Shown here one piece after another: positions 28,201-36,106 of a stretch of DNA of 64,000 nucleotides; position 1 is the stretch's first letter; every line of letters starts with the position of its first letter. The stretch is from positions 4,576,001 to 4,640,000 of the forward strand of contig OZ252098.1 of the NCBI GenBank assembly GCA_965248355.1, read 5' to 3'. This stretch comes from Candidatus Latescibacterota bacterium (GTDB lineage Bacteria; Latescibacterota; UBA2968; UBA8231). The notes below the pieces were generated by a model, which saw nothing but the letters and a program-made list of their open reading frames with translations, was not told where the DNA came from and ran no database searches. Both the position numbers and the translations under genes were made by a program.

Positions 28201-30278
28201 ACCCCCGGGTCCTGCGGCGGACCGGTGCCGGCGGAGTTCTGCGCCTTCACCTTGAACGTGTAAGCGGTTCCGTTGGTCAAGCCCCTGACGATGTAGCTGA
28301 CGGTGGTGGTTTCGCGGTCGCTAACGACAGTGCTGATGTATGTGTAGTTCGTGCCATTGTCGGAGCTTATGTGGTAGTTGGTTATTACCTCGTCGTCGCG
28401 GGTGTCGGTCCAAGTCAGCGTCACCTCGCCGTCGCCGCGCGTCGCAACGAGATTGGTCGGCGCAGTCGGCACCTCCGGCACCGGTGAGGCCGTCAGCTCA
28501 CTAATAGCACCATCACCGATATAGTTGTGGGCCCGCACCGCGAAGTCGTAGCTTGTGGCGTTTTCAAGTTCGTCGATGGTGGCTGTACTGGAAGCCTTGA
28601 TATCTACCCATTCCCCCCAAGCGTTGTCGTTTGTCTTCTTGTAGCGGACCTTGTAGATACTGGTGCGGCGATCAACATCGTCGGGGTCGGGGTCGCCCCA
28701 GCTCAGCTCGACCCTCTCGTGCTTGGGGGTGGCCGTGAGGTTGACCACGGCAACCGGCACCGCCCCCGGCTCCGCCCACGCCTTCGACGGCGCCCCCGCC
28801 CCCGAGGTGTTCACCGCCCGCACCGCAAAGGTGTACCCAGTCCAGTTGGTAAGACTCGTGACCGTGTGGCTGATGGTGCTGGCGCTGCTGCCGCTGATCG
28901 CGCTGTAGTTCGCGCCGTCGTCACTGCTGACCTCGTAGCCGTTGATGTTGCTGTCGCCCGGGTCGTCCCAGCTCAGCGTCACCTGACTATCGGCGGGCGT
29001 GGCCTGAAGGTTGTCCGGTGGGTCGGTGGGCCCCGCCACCGGGTATGCCGTCAATTCTGCCGACGGCCCGGCGGCGCTGCTGTCGTAGGCCCGCACCTCG
29101 AAGGTGTAGGACGTATAGTTGGTCAGGCCCGTCACCGTATGGCTGGTGGTGGTGGCGCCGCTGCTGGGAATATCCGTAAAGGGGTCGCTGTCGATTTTGA
29201 GCTGATACTTGCTGATCTCGGTGGTCTCCGGGTCGTCCCAGCTCAACGTCACCTGGCTGGCCCCGGGAGCGGCGGTGAGATTGCTCGGCGCGGCAAACAG
29301 AGGCGTCGCCGTCAACGAGTCCTCCGCCTCCGTGGGGGACACCGCCCCGATCACCGTACCCTCGGCGTTCGCCGTTCGCACTTTAAAGGTGTACGACGTG
29401 CCGTTGGTCAGGCCGTCAATGGTGTATTTGATGAATTCGCGGTTAACTGCATCAGGGTAGTAGGTCAGGTCGTTGGAATCAACGCTCGTGTAGCTATTGC
29501 CTCCGTCGCTGCTGAATTGATACTTGCTGATGACACTGTCTTTCGGGTCGCGCCAAGACAGCGTCACCCGACCGTAGCCAGGTGTGGCCCTGAGGCTTGA
29601 CAGCGCAGGAATCACCGGCGTCGTCTTCGTCGTATCAAACGTCGCCGCCGCCCCGTTCACCGCCCGCACCTTAATCGTGTAGTTCGTTCCGTTGGTCAGC
29701 TGATAGATGGAGTAGCCGAAAGTCTCGCTCTCGTGGCCTTGGTCTCTGACCTTACTGTAGTTCAAGCCGCCGTCCTTGCTGACCTCATAGCCCGTAATGC
29801 GGCTGTCTTGCGACTCCTTCCAGCGCAGCTGGACATAATTATCGCCGGGCCATGCTACAAGCTCCGTCGGCGCAGGTAACAGGGGCGTCGCCGTCACGGT
29901 GGCTGACGCGCCGGGGCCGGATTCGTCGTAGGCCCGTACAACGAACGTATAGGATGTGCCATTGGTGAGGCCCGCCACCGTGTGCCCGTTAGGCGTCTCG
30001 TCGCTGCACAGGATGTTGATGAAGTTCGATCCGCCGTCGGTGCTGATCTGATACTTGGTGATGTCGTCGTTTTCGGGGTCCGTCCAGCTCAGCGCCATTT
30101 CACCGTCACCGGGCGTCGCCGTCAGCCCCGTCGGCGCAGCCGGCACCGACTGGGCGTGGACGGCCAGCGGAACGATCAGGAGAGCGGCGGCGAGGGCGAC
30201 GAGCACCGGGGTGAAGCGGAAAACGGGGCTTCTGCTCCTGGGCAGGGGGTTCACACGTTCACTCGGCGGATCATTCAT
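16257..30278 (-). CDS. Giant fibronectin type III repeat surface protein with Calx-beta-like domains and a C-terminal autotransporter-like beta-barrel (4673 aa)
   Basis: Signal peptide (LVALAAALLIVPLAVHA); roughly 40-43 FN3 units (LxW...Y...LTNGTxYTFxVRA); FAAASYTATE and FGQAEYEVKEG Calx-beta-like starts; barrel ending ...LLRMSIPF. Confidence 0.9.
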   Translation of the reverse strand: MNDPPSERVNPLPRSRSPVFRFTPVLVALAAALLIVPLAVHAQSVPAAPTGLTATPGDGEMALSWTDPENDDITKYQISTDGGSNFINILCSDETPNGHTVAGLTNGTSYTFVVRAYDESGPGASATVTATPLLPAPTELVAWPGDNYVQLRWKESQDSRITGYEVSKDGGLNYSKVRDQGHESETFGYSIYQLTNGTNYTIKVRAVNGAAATFDTTKTTPVIPALSSLRATPGYGRVTLSWRDPKDSVISKYQFSSDGGNSYTSVDSNDLTYYPDAVNREFIKYTIDGLTNGTSYTFKVRTANAEGTVIGAVSPTEAEDSLTATPLFAAPSNLTAAPGASQVTLSWDDPETTEISKYQLKIDSDPFTDIPSSGATTTSHTVTGLTNYTSYTFEVRAYDSSAAGPSAELTAYPVAGPTDPPDNLQATPADSQVTLSWDDPGDSNINGYEVSSDDGANYSAISGSSASTISHTVTSLTNWTGYTFAVRAVNTSGAGAPSKAWAEPGAVPVAVVNLTATPKHERVELSWGDPDPDDVDRRTSIYKVRYKKTNDNAWGEWVDIKASSTATIDELENATSYDFAVRAHNYIGDGAISELTASPVPEVPTAPTNLVATRGDGEVTLTWTDTRDDEVITNYHISSDNGTNYTYISTVVSDRETTTVSYIVRGLTNGTAYTFKVKAQNSAGTGPPQDPGVTETPLFAAPKGLQASPGGRQVTLTWDNPWDSSITGYEVSSDGGTNYSTIDNSGATTGATTTEHTVTGLAGGTEQPFTVRAVNGVAATVRETPLFASPADLSATVGDGQVTLNWTNPGNSAISGYEVSSDNGANYTPIAITTAHIVDSLSNGTEYSFAVRAVNCPANGVAAMVSATPLFAAPTNLGAKVGNGEVELSWTDPGNSSISGYEVSSDGGSSYNSISTSDATTTEHIVTGLANGTEYTFGVRAVNGAAAWVWATPTVTNVELPAAPSGLSATPGDGEVALSWTDPGNATISDYQVSSDGGSSYDTISGSGANTTSHTETGLTNGTEYTFAVRAVNVRGTGEPATATATPLAVPAAPSGLSATPGDGEVALSWTDPGNSSISGYEVSSDGGDYIEISGSGANTTSHTVDDLTNGTAYTFRVRAVNASGMGAASAAVSATPLAVPAAPSGLSATPGDGEVALSWTDPGNATISDYQVSSDGGSSYDTISGSGANTTSHTVDDLTNGTAYTFRVRAVNASGTGAASAAVSATPLAVPAAPSGLSATPGDGEVALSWTDPGNSSISGYEVSRDEGDYIEISGSGANTTSHTVDDLTNGTAYTFRVRAVNASGTGAASAAVSATPLFAAPTNLGAKVGNGEVELSWTDPGNSSISGYEVSSDGGSSYNSISTSDATTTEHIVTGLANGTEYTFGVRAVNGAAAWVWATPTVTNVELPAAPSGLSATPGDGEVALSWTDPGNATISDYQVSSDGGSSYDTISGSGAGTTGHTETGLTNGTEYTFAVRAVNVRGTGEPATATATPLAVPAAPSGLSAAPGDGEVALSWTDPGNSSISGYEVSSDGGDYIEISGSGANTTSHTVDDLTNGTAYTFRVRAVNASGTGAASAAVSATPLAVPAAPAGLSAAPGDGEVALSWTDPGNSSISGYEVSSDGGDYIEISGSDDETTDYTVTGLTNGTEYTFRVRAVNASGKGAASAAVSATPLAVPEAPAGLRAAPGDGQVALSWTDPGNSSISGYEVSSDGGDYIEISGSDDETTDYTVTGLTNGTAYTFRVRALNASGTGAASAPVSATPLAVPAAPAGLSAAPGDGQVALSWTDPGNSSISGYQVSRDDGSSYSPISGSGAGTTSHTVTSLTNGTAYTFRVRALNASGTGAASAPVSATPLAVPEAPAGLRAAPGDGQVALSWTDPGNSSISDYQVSSDDGSSYDTISGSGAGTTGHTVTSLTNGTAYTFRVRALNASGTGAASAAVSATPLAVPAAPAGLSAAPGDGQVALSWTDPGNSSISGYQVSRDGGDYIEISGSDAGTTGHTVTSLTNGTAYTFRVRAVNASGTGAASAPVSATPLAVPEAPAGLRAAPGDGQVALSWTDPGNSSISGYQVSSDDGTSYSPISGSDDETTDYTVTGLTNGTAYTFRVRAVNASGTGAASAAVSATPLAVPEAPAGLSAAPGDGEVALSWTDPGNSSISGYQVSSDGGDYIEISGSGAGTTGHTVTSLTNGTAYTFRVRALNASGTGAASAAVSATPLAVPEAPAGLSAAPGDGQVALSWTDPGNSSISGYQVSSDDGSSYDTISGSGAGTTGHTVTSLTNGTAYTFRVRAVNASGKGAASAPVSATPLAVPEAPAGLRAAPGDGQVALSWTEPGNSTISGYELSRDGGDYIEISGSDDETTDYTVTGLTNGTAYTFRVRAVNASGTGAASAAVSATPLAVPEAPAGLRAAPGDGEVALSWTDPGNSSISGYQVSSDDGSSYDTISGSDDETTDYTVTSLTNGTAYTFRVRAVNASGTGAASAPVSATPLAVPEAPAGLRAAPGDGQVALSWTDPGNSTISGYQVSSDDGSSYDTISGSDDETTDYTVTGLTNGTAYTFRVRAVNASGTGAASAAVSATPLAVPEALAVPEAPAGLRAAPGDGQVALSWTDPGNSSISDYQVSSDDGSSYDTISGSGAGTTGHTVTSLTNGTAYTFRVRAVNASGTGAASAPVSATPLAVPEAPAGLSAAPGDGEVALSWTDPGNSSISGYEVSSDGGDYIEISGSDDETTDYTVTGLTNGTEYTFRVRAVNASGKGAASAAVSATPLAVPEAPAGLSAAPGDGQVALSWTDPGNSSISGYEVSSDGGDYIEISGSDDETTDYTVTGLTNGTAYTFRVRAVNASGTGAASAPVSATPLAVPAAPAGLSAAPGDGQVALSWTDPGNSSISGYQVSRDDGSSYSPISGSGAGTTSHTVTSLTNGTAYTFRVRALNASGTGAASAPVSATPLAVPEAPAGLRAAPGDGQVALSWTDPGNSSISGYQVSSDDGSSYDTISGSGAGTTGHTVTSLTNGTAYTFRVRAVNASGTGAASAPVSATPLAVPEAPAGLSAAPGDGQVALSWTDPGNSSISGYQVSSDDGSSYDTISGSGAGTTGHTVTSLTNGTAYTFRVRAVNASGTGAASAPVSATPLAVPEAPAGLSAAPGDGQVALSWTDPGNSSISGYQVSRDDGSSYSPISGSGAGTTSHTVTSLTNGTAYTFRVRALNASGTGAASAAVSATPLAVPEAPAGLRAAPGDGEVALSWTDPGNSTISDYQVSSDDGSSYDTISGSGAGTTGHTVTSLTNGTAYTFRVRALNASGTGAASAPVSATPLAVPEAPAGLSAAPGDGQVALSWTEPGNSTISGYQVSSDDGSSYDTISGSGAGTTGHTVTSLTNGTAYTFRVRAVNASGKGAASAPVSATPLAVPAAPAGLRAAPGDGQVALSWTDPGNSSISGYELSRDGGDYIEISGSDDETTDYTVTGLTNGTAYTFRVRAVNASGTGAASAAVSATPLAVPEAPAGLRAAPGDGEVALSWTDPGNSSISDYQVSSDDGSSYDTISGSGAGTTGHTVTSLTNGTAYTFRVRAVNASGTGAASAPVSATPLAVPEAPAGLSAAPGDGEVALSWTDPGNSSISGYQVSSDDGTSYSPISGSDDETTDYTVTGLTNGTAYTFRVRALNASGTGAASAPVSATPLAAPAVPEALRAAPGDGEVALSWTDPGNSSISGYQVSSDGGDYIEISGSGAGTTGHTVTSLTNGTAYTFRVRAVNASGTGAASAAVSATPLAVPEAPAGLSAAPGDGQVALSWTDPGNSSISGYELSRDGGDYIEISGSGADTTGHTVTSLTNGTAYTFRVRALNASGTGAASAPVSATPRAPLMVMFAAASYTATENGDDATVTVALDQAADREVTVPLKTEPASGDFSLSATQVVFAVGDEAKTITVTAIDDADLDDEAVELRFGTLPADVTAGSQAKTTVPLDPASGDVDVRAGSSATTTVTLVDDDRVVLEVSFGQAEYEVKEGQRAGIEMKMSPAANRRVEVPLVVVFQNGTTPEDYSGVPASVVFGEGESEETIPVAVLADEVNDPGEGIVLSLGELPEAVNAGDPSATQVHFAQRRMAEQFSQTLEVMEAVIARSMGESAQAAIEDRFERHRQRSRSRPSVGAMPTPQPGRDNSATTLSPGDSKRTGSEDAGGRESEGSLVQSALGTAKTRVPTGSGWNSENRETGTPGSWLRSFSLGSLGNFVRSDQTHLGASPGSGMEPSGRVYGQDRQNASGIGDAPLGPGSGDFSGMRDRELSLSGVSFEMSPGESEEQTNWVPVLWGQGDLRHFNGDLTRTGMDYRGGLQAAHVGLDLPANERMLAGLSFMRGWGDLDYTDDGVDGALESRMNTVHPYLYWQPSERMSMWGIGGLGVGQLDVTEPGGTYGFDADFRMFAGGMRAVLNRRGDSEWGLRADAITTRLETDASEDIAKVSGEAHRGRLMLEWVHDKALSAGGSLSLKAEAGGRFDGGDADRGSGVETGFRLGYLDANLGLDVALHGRVLVVHESDYRNWGVGGQASWDPGEKQRGFRVSVKPSRGQDAGGRTTLWDNADAVMRPAGMRAMGIGSRYRMEGEVAYAGMKALGLPGLLTPYSWLRWAGQGRELALGTAWSLTARPQLALPATFELEGQRRESTTGRFDHGLLLRMSIPF
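18705..27690. repeat. Tandem array of about 267-270 bp near-identical FN3-coding repeats (about 33 units)
   Basis: Recurrent GGCGTCGCACTCACC...GTGCCGTTGGTCAG...GTCCAGCTCAG units. Confidence 0.95.
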
Positions 30279-30339
30279 CTCAGCTCAAAACCTGTTTCAA
30301 GAGAAGCACGCCACGGTCCTGGGGCGCATCAACTGAGCT

Positions 30340-30460
30340 GACCGGGAGGGTGTTTGATCCAGGCTTCTTCGAGCGCCGCGGCCCGGGGCCGCCCGGCACG
30401 AAGTGTTCGGGGCGGGCGGCGTAGGCTGCCGCGCTGCGCGCCCGAAGTGAACGTATTCGG
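30340..30460 (-). pseudogene. IS3/IS481-like transposase C-terminal remnant
   Basis: AAAYAARPEHFVPG resembles the AAYxxHPERFV tail of such transposases. Confidence 0.4.
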
Positions 30461-30944
30461 GTGCAAACATGGCGATGCCGCCGTGCCGGTGCCTCTGATT
30501 CTACCACTGGTAATTGCACCATCGGAAGAACTCGCGGCAGAAAGCCGCCTCCTCCTCCATGCAATCCTCTGATAACCTGGGCTTCACCTCTGGATTCGGG
30601 CGAGATGTGGCGCCTCTTGCGGTGGCGTAGGCAGCCCTGTGGCAAGTTGGGGGAAATTAGGGAGGCATACTTCGTGGTCAACCCCCATCCCGCCCGGCCT
30701 GCGTCCCTGGATGAACACCGAAGGCGAGGTACGAGGCCGGGTGTCGGAGCCCCCTGTCAAGGGACATCCGGATTCGCGCACGCCTGGTGTTCGGGGGTCG
30801 GTGGTACGGGGGTAGTTGCCTCCCTGCTGAGGTGAAGCGTAGCACGAGGAGAGGAGATCCGCAAAGCCACCCGGGGCGTAGCACCTGCTCCTACGACAAC
30901 CGTCGTCGAACCACGGAAAATTGCTGTAACTGACTGCTATGGAA

Positions 30945-31240
30945 TCACTTAACACATGGCCATAGTGCGGCAGACGATCCAGGATGGCAGTGCCATGGAG
31001 AAGCCGCTTGGCGCGCCCGACCAGCGTCGCGTAGCCGTCGAGAGGGCGTGTGGGCCCCTGCCAGTCCCAGCCTCTTCGCAGCACGATGCGCTGGGCGATG
31101 CCCCCCAAGGCGTGGGCGCCTCGAGATGATCGGGCGGCGCGTCCTCGTTACAGCGCGGGTCGATCCGAAGGGCACGCAGTATTCGCGTCCGTCGAAGCGC
31201 ACCAGGCCGTCGCGGCCCACCTGGTGCCGCACCGCTGTGG
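30945..31240 (-). pseudogene. IS21-family remnants (IstA tail plus IstB tail)
   Basis: QVGRDGLVRFDGREYCVPF (IstA-like); TAILDRLPHYGHVL (IstB-like). Confidence 0.55.
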
Positions 31241-31275
31241 ATATCTGCGCGGAGAGCGGTGGTCAATAGAGGCGC

Positions 31276-32377
31276 TCAATCACCGGCCCTCTCTTCGGTG
31301 GGTTCCTCCGCCTCGGGAGGCACCTGGCTCGGCTCCTCGCCGTTGAAGGCGACGTTCAGGAGAATGGTGGAAGAGTAAGGAGGCCTGCCGGCGCTGCCCC
31401 CGGACGGGCGCCACTTCGTGGGGAACAGGACCCTCTGCACATCCTCGTACTCCTCAAAGCGGGTCGTCCACACCGGGCTCCTCCTCCCTTGATGGCCCTT
31501 CTGGCTTCGGAACCACTCCTCTTCCCTCTCCGAAGCCCTTCTTCCACGGCCGTGAGCAGGGCGTCGTCCGCATCCACGGAGGGGAATTCAGCGGCCAGCG
31601 GCCTTCGAAAAGGCGGGAGAAGGCCCCAAGCTCGTATTAGGGGACCATGTGGGAATAGCTGGGGAAGACCTCCTCCGCACGTAGGGTGCGCGCTTCCAGG
31701 GGTGGACACTGCCGGGCTCGAAGCGCCAGACGGCCACGGGATGGACATAGGAGCGCACGTTGTAGACGACTCCCGACAGATAGCGGGTCGTGGCGCGAAC
31801 CCACACCACGGCGGACATGGAGTGAAGGGCCTCGAGCCGGTCCACGCCGCCCATGGCGTCCAGGCACGCCAGGACGCTGGCGGGCCCTTCTTGCGGGGGC
31901 GCTCTCCTGATCGGTCGTGTCGGCGTCCGGCAGCCAGAGCCGCGCGTAAGCGTCGCGTTCCTCCATGGAAAGCGGCGGCCCGAAGTCCTGGGCTCTCACC
32001 TCGACCGAATCCCTTGCCAGGATCCACCGCTCGAAGGGAAGGTTTCGTCCGCCCACCTCGATGGGTCCCCCCAGGGTGTCCCCCGGTGCCCGGTGGGGCT
32101 CGACACTGTCGGAGACCGCGGAGCGGATGGCATCCGCGCCAAGGGACAGATCCGGCAAACCGCCCTTCACCCTCTCCATGGCAGGCGATTCGGATTCCGG
32201 CTCACGCCCAGCGAGACGAGGTGCGGAGAGCGATTGGGGGCGGCGGAAGAAGGGGAGGTGGTCGGGTGAGGGCGAGGGTGCGAGCAGGTGGTATCCGGCT
32301 ACGAGAAGCAGATGCAGGCACGCGGACAGGAGGATCGAGAGCCCAAGCCGGAGCCTGCCCGGGGTTCGATACCGCAT
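31276..32377 (-). pseudogene. Frameshifted and deleted paralog of 5068-6339
   Basis: Same MRYRTPGRLRLGLS start and EPSQVPPE end, split over several frames with an internal deletion. Confidence 0.85.
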
Positions 32378-32387
32378 TGGCGCCCCA

Positions 32388-32905
32388 TCACCGATCGCCG
32401 GGGGACCTTGCGGCCAGCATCTCGTAGGCGGAGGTGATGGTCTCCTCCAACAAGCCCTTCAGCTCGACGGGGCTGACCGTAGGGGTAGCGGGTCCCCTTG
32501 GCGGCTGAAGCCGATCTCCCGTTTCGACCTCCCGCAACATGAACCGCGTGGACAAGGTGGCGTCTACCCCGGGCGTACGGACGAGGTCCCGCACCTGGAA
32601 ATCGAGGACGGTAAGGGTGCCTCGTACAGGCCGCGCCAGTCCGATTTGCGCAACTTCCCACGGGTGATCCTGGCGCGAAGTCCTTCCAGGATGCGGACGT
32701 GCAGGTCCTGCAGTTCGTCATCGAGCCTCTTGGCATTTTCGTCATCGAAGGCGGTCTCCGGGATGCCCGGCCGGATGTCCGCCAGTTCCTGCACCAGGCC
32801 CTCCCAGTCCCGGGAGGGGCTGTAGGCGTTGACGGCCCACACCACGAGGCCCTGAGACAGGGAGTCCTTCACGGTGATGCCCAGGCTGTCGCCTTGGTGG
32901 TGGCT
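32388..32905 (-). pseudogene. Frameshifted paralog of 6350-6943
   Basis: DSLGITVKDSLSQGLVVWAVNAY...ARSPGDR in broken frames; signal peptide lost. Confidence 0.85.
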
Positions 32906-33002
32906 GCCGTGGCGGGCCTGGGCCGTCCGCGGGCGGCAGGGTGTCCCGCATGACCTGTAAGGCATTACTTGACAAACGCGTTACTTCCCGTCATCTTGAG
33001 TC

Positions 33003-33281
33003 ATGATTGGAGGCATACGGCACAGGGCGCTCAGGAACTACTGGGCGAGCGGCCAGGCGAGGGGTTTGAACGCCGCGTGGATACGGAAGCTGCGACGGAT
33101 CATGTCGGCTCTCGAAGCGGCGGAGCGGCCGGAGCAAATGAACTATCCGGGATCGTACTTCCATCCTCTGAAGGGTGACCGGGAGGGCCGCTACGCAGTT
33201 CGCCTGACCGCCAACGTGCGCGTTACCTTCGGGTGGGACGATGAGGGCGCTGAAAACGTGGACATAGAGGACTATCACTGA
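33003..33281 (+). CDS. higB: HigB-like (RelE/ParE) toxin
   Basis: FHPLKGDREGRYAVRLTANVRVTFGW...VDIEDYH; TTGACA at 32969-32974 upstream. Confidence 0.9.
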   Translation: MIGGIRHRALRNYWASGQARGLNAAWIRKLRRIMSALEAAERPEQMNYPGSYFHPLKGDREGRYAVRLTANVRVTFGWDDEGAENVDIEDYH

Positions 33282-33586
33282 TGATCGAGAGACACCCCTC
33301 CATCGACCCCGTGCATCCGGGAGAGATCCTGCGAGAGGACATCCTGCCTGCCCTATCCATGAGCAAGACGGCCGTGGCCAAGGCGATCGGGATATCCCGG
33401 CAGACCCTTTACGACATCCTCCGCGAGAAGCAGCCGGTTACCGCAGAGATGGCGGTCCGCTTCGGCAAGCTCTTCGGCAACGGGGCCGGCTTCTGGGTGA
33501 ACCTCCAGCGAATCCACGATCTGGCGGTTGCGGAGCGCACCGTGGACGTCTCGGGGATACCAACCCTCGAAGTAGGGTCGGGCTAG
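33281..33586 (+). CDS. higA: HigA antitoxin
   Basis: PVHPGEILREDIL...ISRQTLYDIL...VTAEMAVRFGKLFG...FWVNLQ; TGATG coupling to the toxin. Confidence 0.92.
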   Translation: MIERHPSIDPVHPGEILREDILPALSMSKTAVAKAIGISRQTLYDILREKQPVTAEMAVRFGKLFGNGAGFWVNLQRIHDLAVAERTVDVSGIPTLEVGSG

Positions 33587-33709
33587 CCCGCCCCGCGGGC
33601 GATGTCCACGACGAGCTCGTCGTGGCGGGCCAGCGCCAGCGGAGTGCGGCAGGTCTCCCCCTCGGTCACCCAGGCGTGGAAGTGGCGCAGCTCGGCGGCG
33701 AAGAGGCTC
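33583..33709 (-). pseudogene. Duplicated 3' end of the Gfo/Idh/MocA gene (matches 9057-9182)
   Basis: FAAELRHFHAWVTEGETCRTPLALARHD vs FAAELRHFHACVTEGETCRTPLAEARHD. Confidence 0.85.
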
Positions 33710-34008
33710 TGCGCAGGTCGTCGGGGGAAGGGTCGCGCCTGAGGGCGGCCCGGTAGACGGAGGGCACGAAAGTCTCGGCGTCCGGACCGTCGATCCGGTC
33801 GGCGGGCGTCCTGACGAGAGCCCACAGGGTCCGGGCCAGGCTGGCGGCGAGCAGGTCTTCTCCCATGTCCGTCTCCCAGCAGGCGCTCCAGCTGCACCGG
33901 CTCGCTGTCCAGCGTCAGCGGCCGCTCCACCTCCTCCCCGCGGCTCCCGGCGGCAGGGGCCTGCGACTGGTAGTGTACCCAAGAAACTGAACAGGAGCGC
34001 TTATCTGA

Positions 34009-35966
34009 TCAGAAGTGGAATCCCAGTAGATTCCAGTAGTACAAGAACCAGACGAACCCCAAGGTGATCAGCGTTGCTGCAGAATAGTATAGACGACTTC
34101 CCGTGCTCCAGTACTCGTGCTTCCAGGAAACCGTGGCGCAATAGACCCTCCCGATCGCGAGAATGGAGGTGAGTAGAGGGATGAACAACAGCGCGATCAT
34201 CTCCGGTGGGACCTCGATAACGAGGTCCAGGAATCGATACACCAGCATGAGAATCAGCCCGATGAGAAAGATCAGGTTCAGGCCGCTGCTACTCCACGCC
34301 AGCCATCGCGCCAGATGTACCTTCTGGCCATCTGGTACGGGTCCCTTCCGTCGGCGCCGGCTCAGGTAGACGGCAGGCCATCCCACACACTCTGACAGGA
34401 ATACCAGTACAAAGATCCCCAGAAAGCCCAACTGGTACCGGGTGGCTTCATGCCAGGGTATCTTGTCATAGACTTCTGGCCACTCGTGGTACATATGGGT
34501 GATGCGACCATCTGCTTCTTCGCGAAAGGCCATATGCCGTTCGCCCTTGGTCATACCATCGACTTCGAGGAAGAGAAGCGAATCCACTTCAACCCAGCGC
34601 CAAGGCTCCGGTTGTCCGAAGGACTGCAGGAGAAGCGCTCCATCCCCCACGGCTATTTCGAACTGCGTGGCCAGGCTGATCAGTTTCAGGAAACTCGTTC
34701 GGCTGTACCGATTCACTCGGTAGTAACCCGTATAGCGATCTGCGCGGTGATCGAAACCAGGGGGAGATTGGGGGAGAGCTTGTTCCTCGATCGGGAAATA
34801 GCGCTCCAGGAAGGCGTTGACCAGCGGCCGTCGTACCTTCAATCCTCGAGGAGGGTTAGACTCATCTTGTTGAAGGCGAAGAAAATACCCAGGCCTTCCT
34901 CCGGAATCAGCAACATGCAAGCATAGTGCCCGGGGAGACCTCCACTATGCCAGACCAGACGCTTGCCTCTCTTGTCATGCAGAATGAATGCATACCCGAT
35001 GATGCCCGGAAAGCGGGGATCATTCGTGAATTGCTGCTGCTGCATCGCATGGGCTGAGGACTCCTGCAGAATCCGCGCATCCTTGAAGCGACCCAATTGC
35101 AGGTGGCTGATCATGAAGTGAGCCATGTCCATGGCGGTGGCATCCCAAGCTCCCGCTGATCCATCGTTGATATACAGGTAGGGTTGAGGCTTGTAGGAGC
35201 TGTCCTCGTACGAATACCCGGTCGCCGTATCCGCATGACGCTCATAGTGGGTGCGGTGCATTCCCAGGGGTTGCAGGATGTGCTCCCTCACATACTGGTC
35301 GTACGGTTTTCCGGACACGGCCTCCACCAGGTAGCCTGCCAGCGCTATACCATGGTTCGAATAACTGAAAAATTCACCGGCGGGCATTACTCGGGGAGGC
35401 ATACGGGTTGCCAGGTATTGACCCAATGGAACCACCTCGGTGGCCGAAAGGGCCTGTTTGATATAATCATCGTCGAAGCCGCCCGTGTGGGTGAGCAGGT
35501 GTTTGACGCGGACAGGTTCGGGAAAGGAAGCGTCCAGTTGGAAATCCATCAGATGCTGATTCACATCGTCATCAAGGCCCAGCTTGCCTTGTTCGACCAG
35601 TTGCAGGACCGCCGTGGCGGTGAACACCTTACCGATGGACGCTATACGAACTATGGTTTCATCGGGAACCATCGGACGGTTTGTCTCCAGGTCCGCAAGC
35701 CCGTATCCCTTCTTGAACAGGATATCTTCTCCTTTGACCACTGAAATCACCAGGCCGGGAATGTGCAGCGTATCCATTTGAGCAACCAGGAGGCTGTCCA
35801 GAAAACGCTCAAGTGTCTGCGCGGTGAGAGGGACGGCCTCGAGATCAGCCTGTATTGGTTCCGCCGTCAGGTCGGGGACAACACCTGGACAAGGGAGGTT
35901 GCTCAACATGAGTAGGGGGATGATGGCTGAGACAGATCGAGCTCGGACCGGGGAAGACGCGTTCAT
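34009..35966 (-). pseudogene. Serine hydrolase (class C beta-lactamase-like) with C-terminal TM domain, frameshift near 34870
   Basis: SIGK (SxxK), YSN, WHSGG; the frame changes at AAC AAG ATG, and LVNAFLERYFP plus TM helices continue in another frame. Confidence 0.8.
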
Positions 35967-36106
35967 CGAGTCACCTTCTTCGAGGATGCAGACGGTTTCC
36001 TGGGGCGGCGGGACAGTCGAGCTACCACCGCTCAGGGCGTCTCGGCGCCGGCGCGGGCAAGACGGCGAGCGGCAGTGCAGCAGTGATGACGAGGAGCCTC
36101 TAACCC

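Noticed and set aside
19080..28487. 3135-aa plus-strand ORF
   Set aside because: Antisense shadow of the FN3 repeats; low-complexity Arg/Ala/Val sequence expected from GC-rich codon bias.
5068..32905. Diversity-generating retroelement TR/VR pair
   Set aside because: Differences between the copies affect all bases and include indels; no reverse transcriptase in the window.
33710..34000. Gene fragment and possible IS end (TAGTGTACCCAAGAAACTG)
   Set aside because: Too short and degraded; no partner IR or assignable family.
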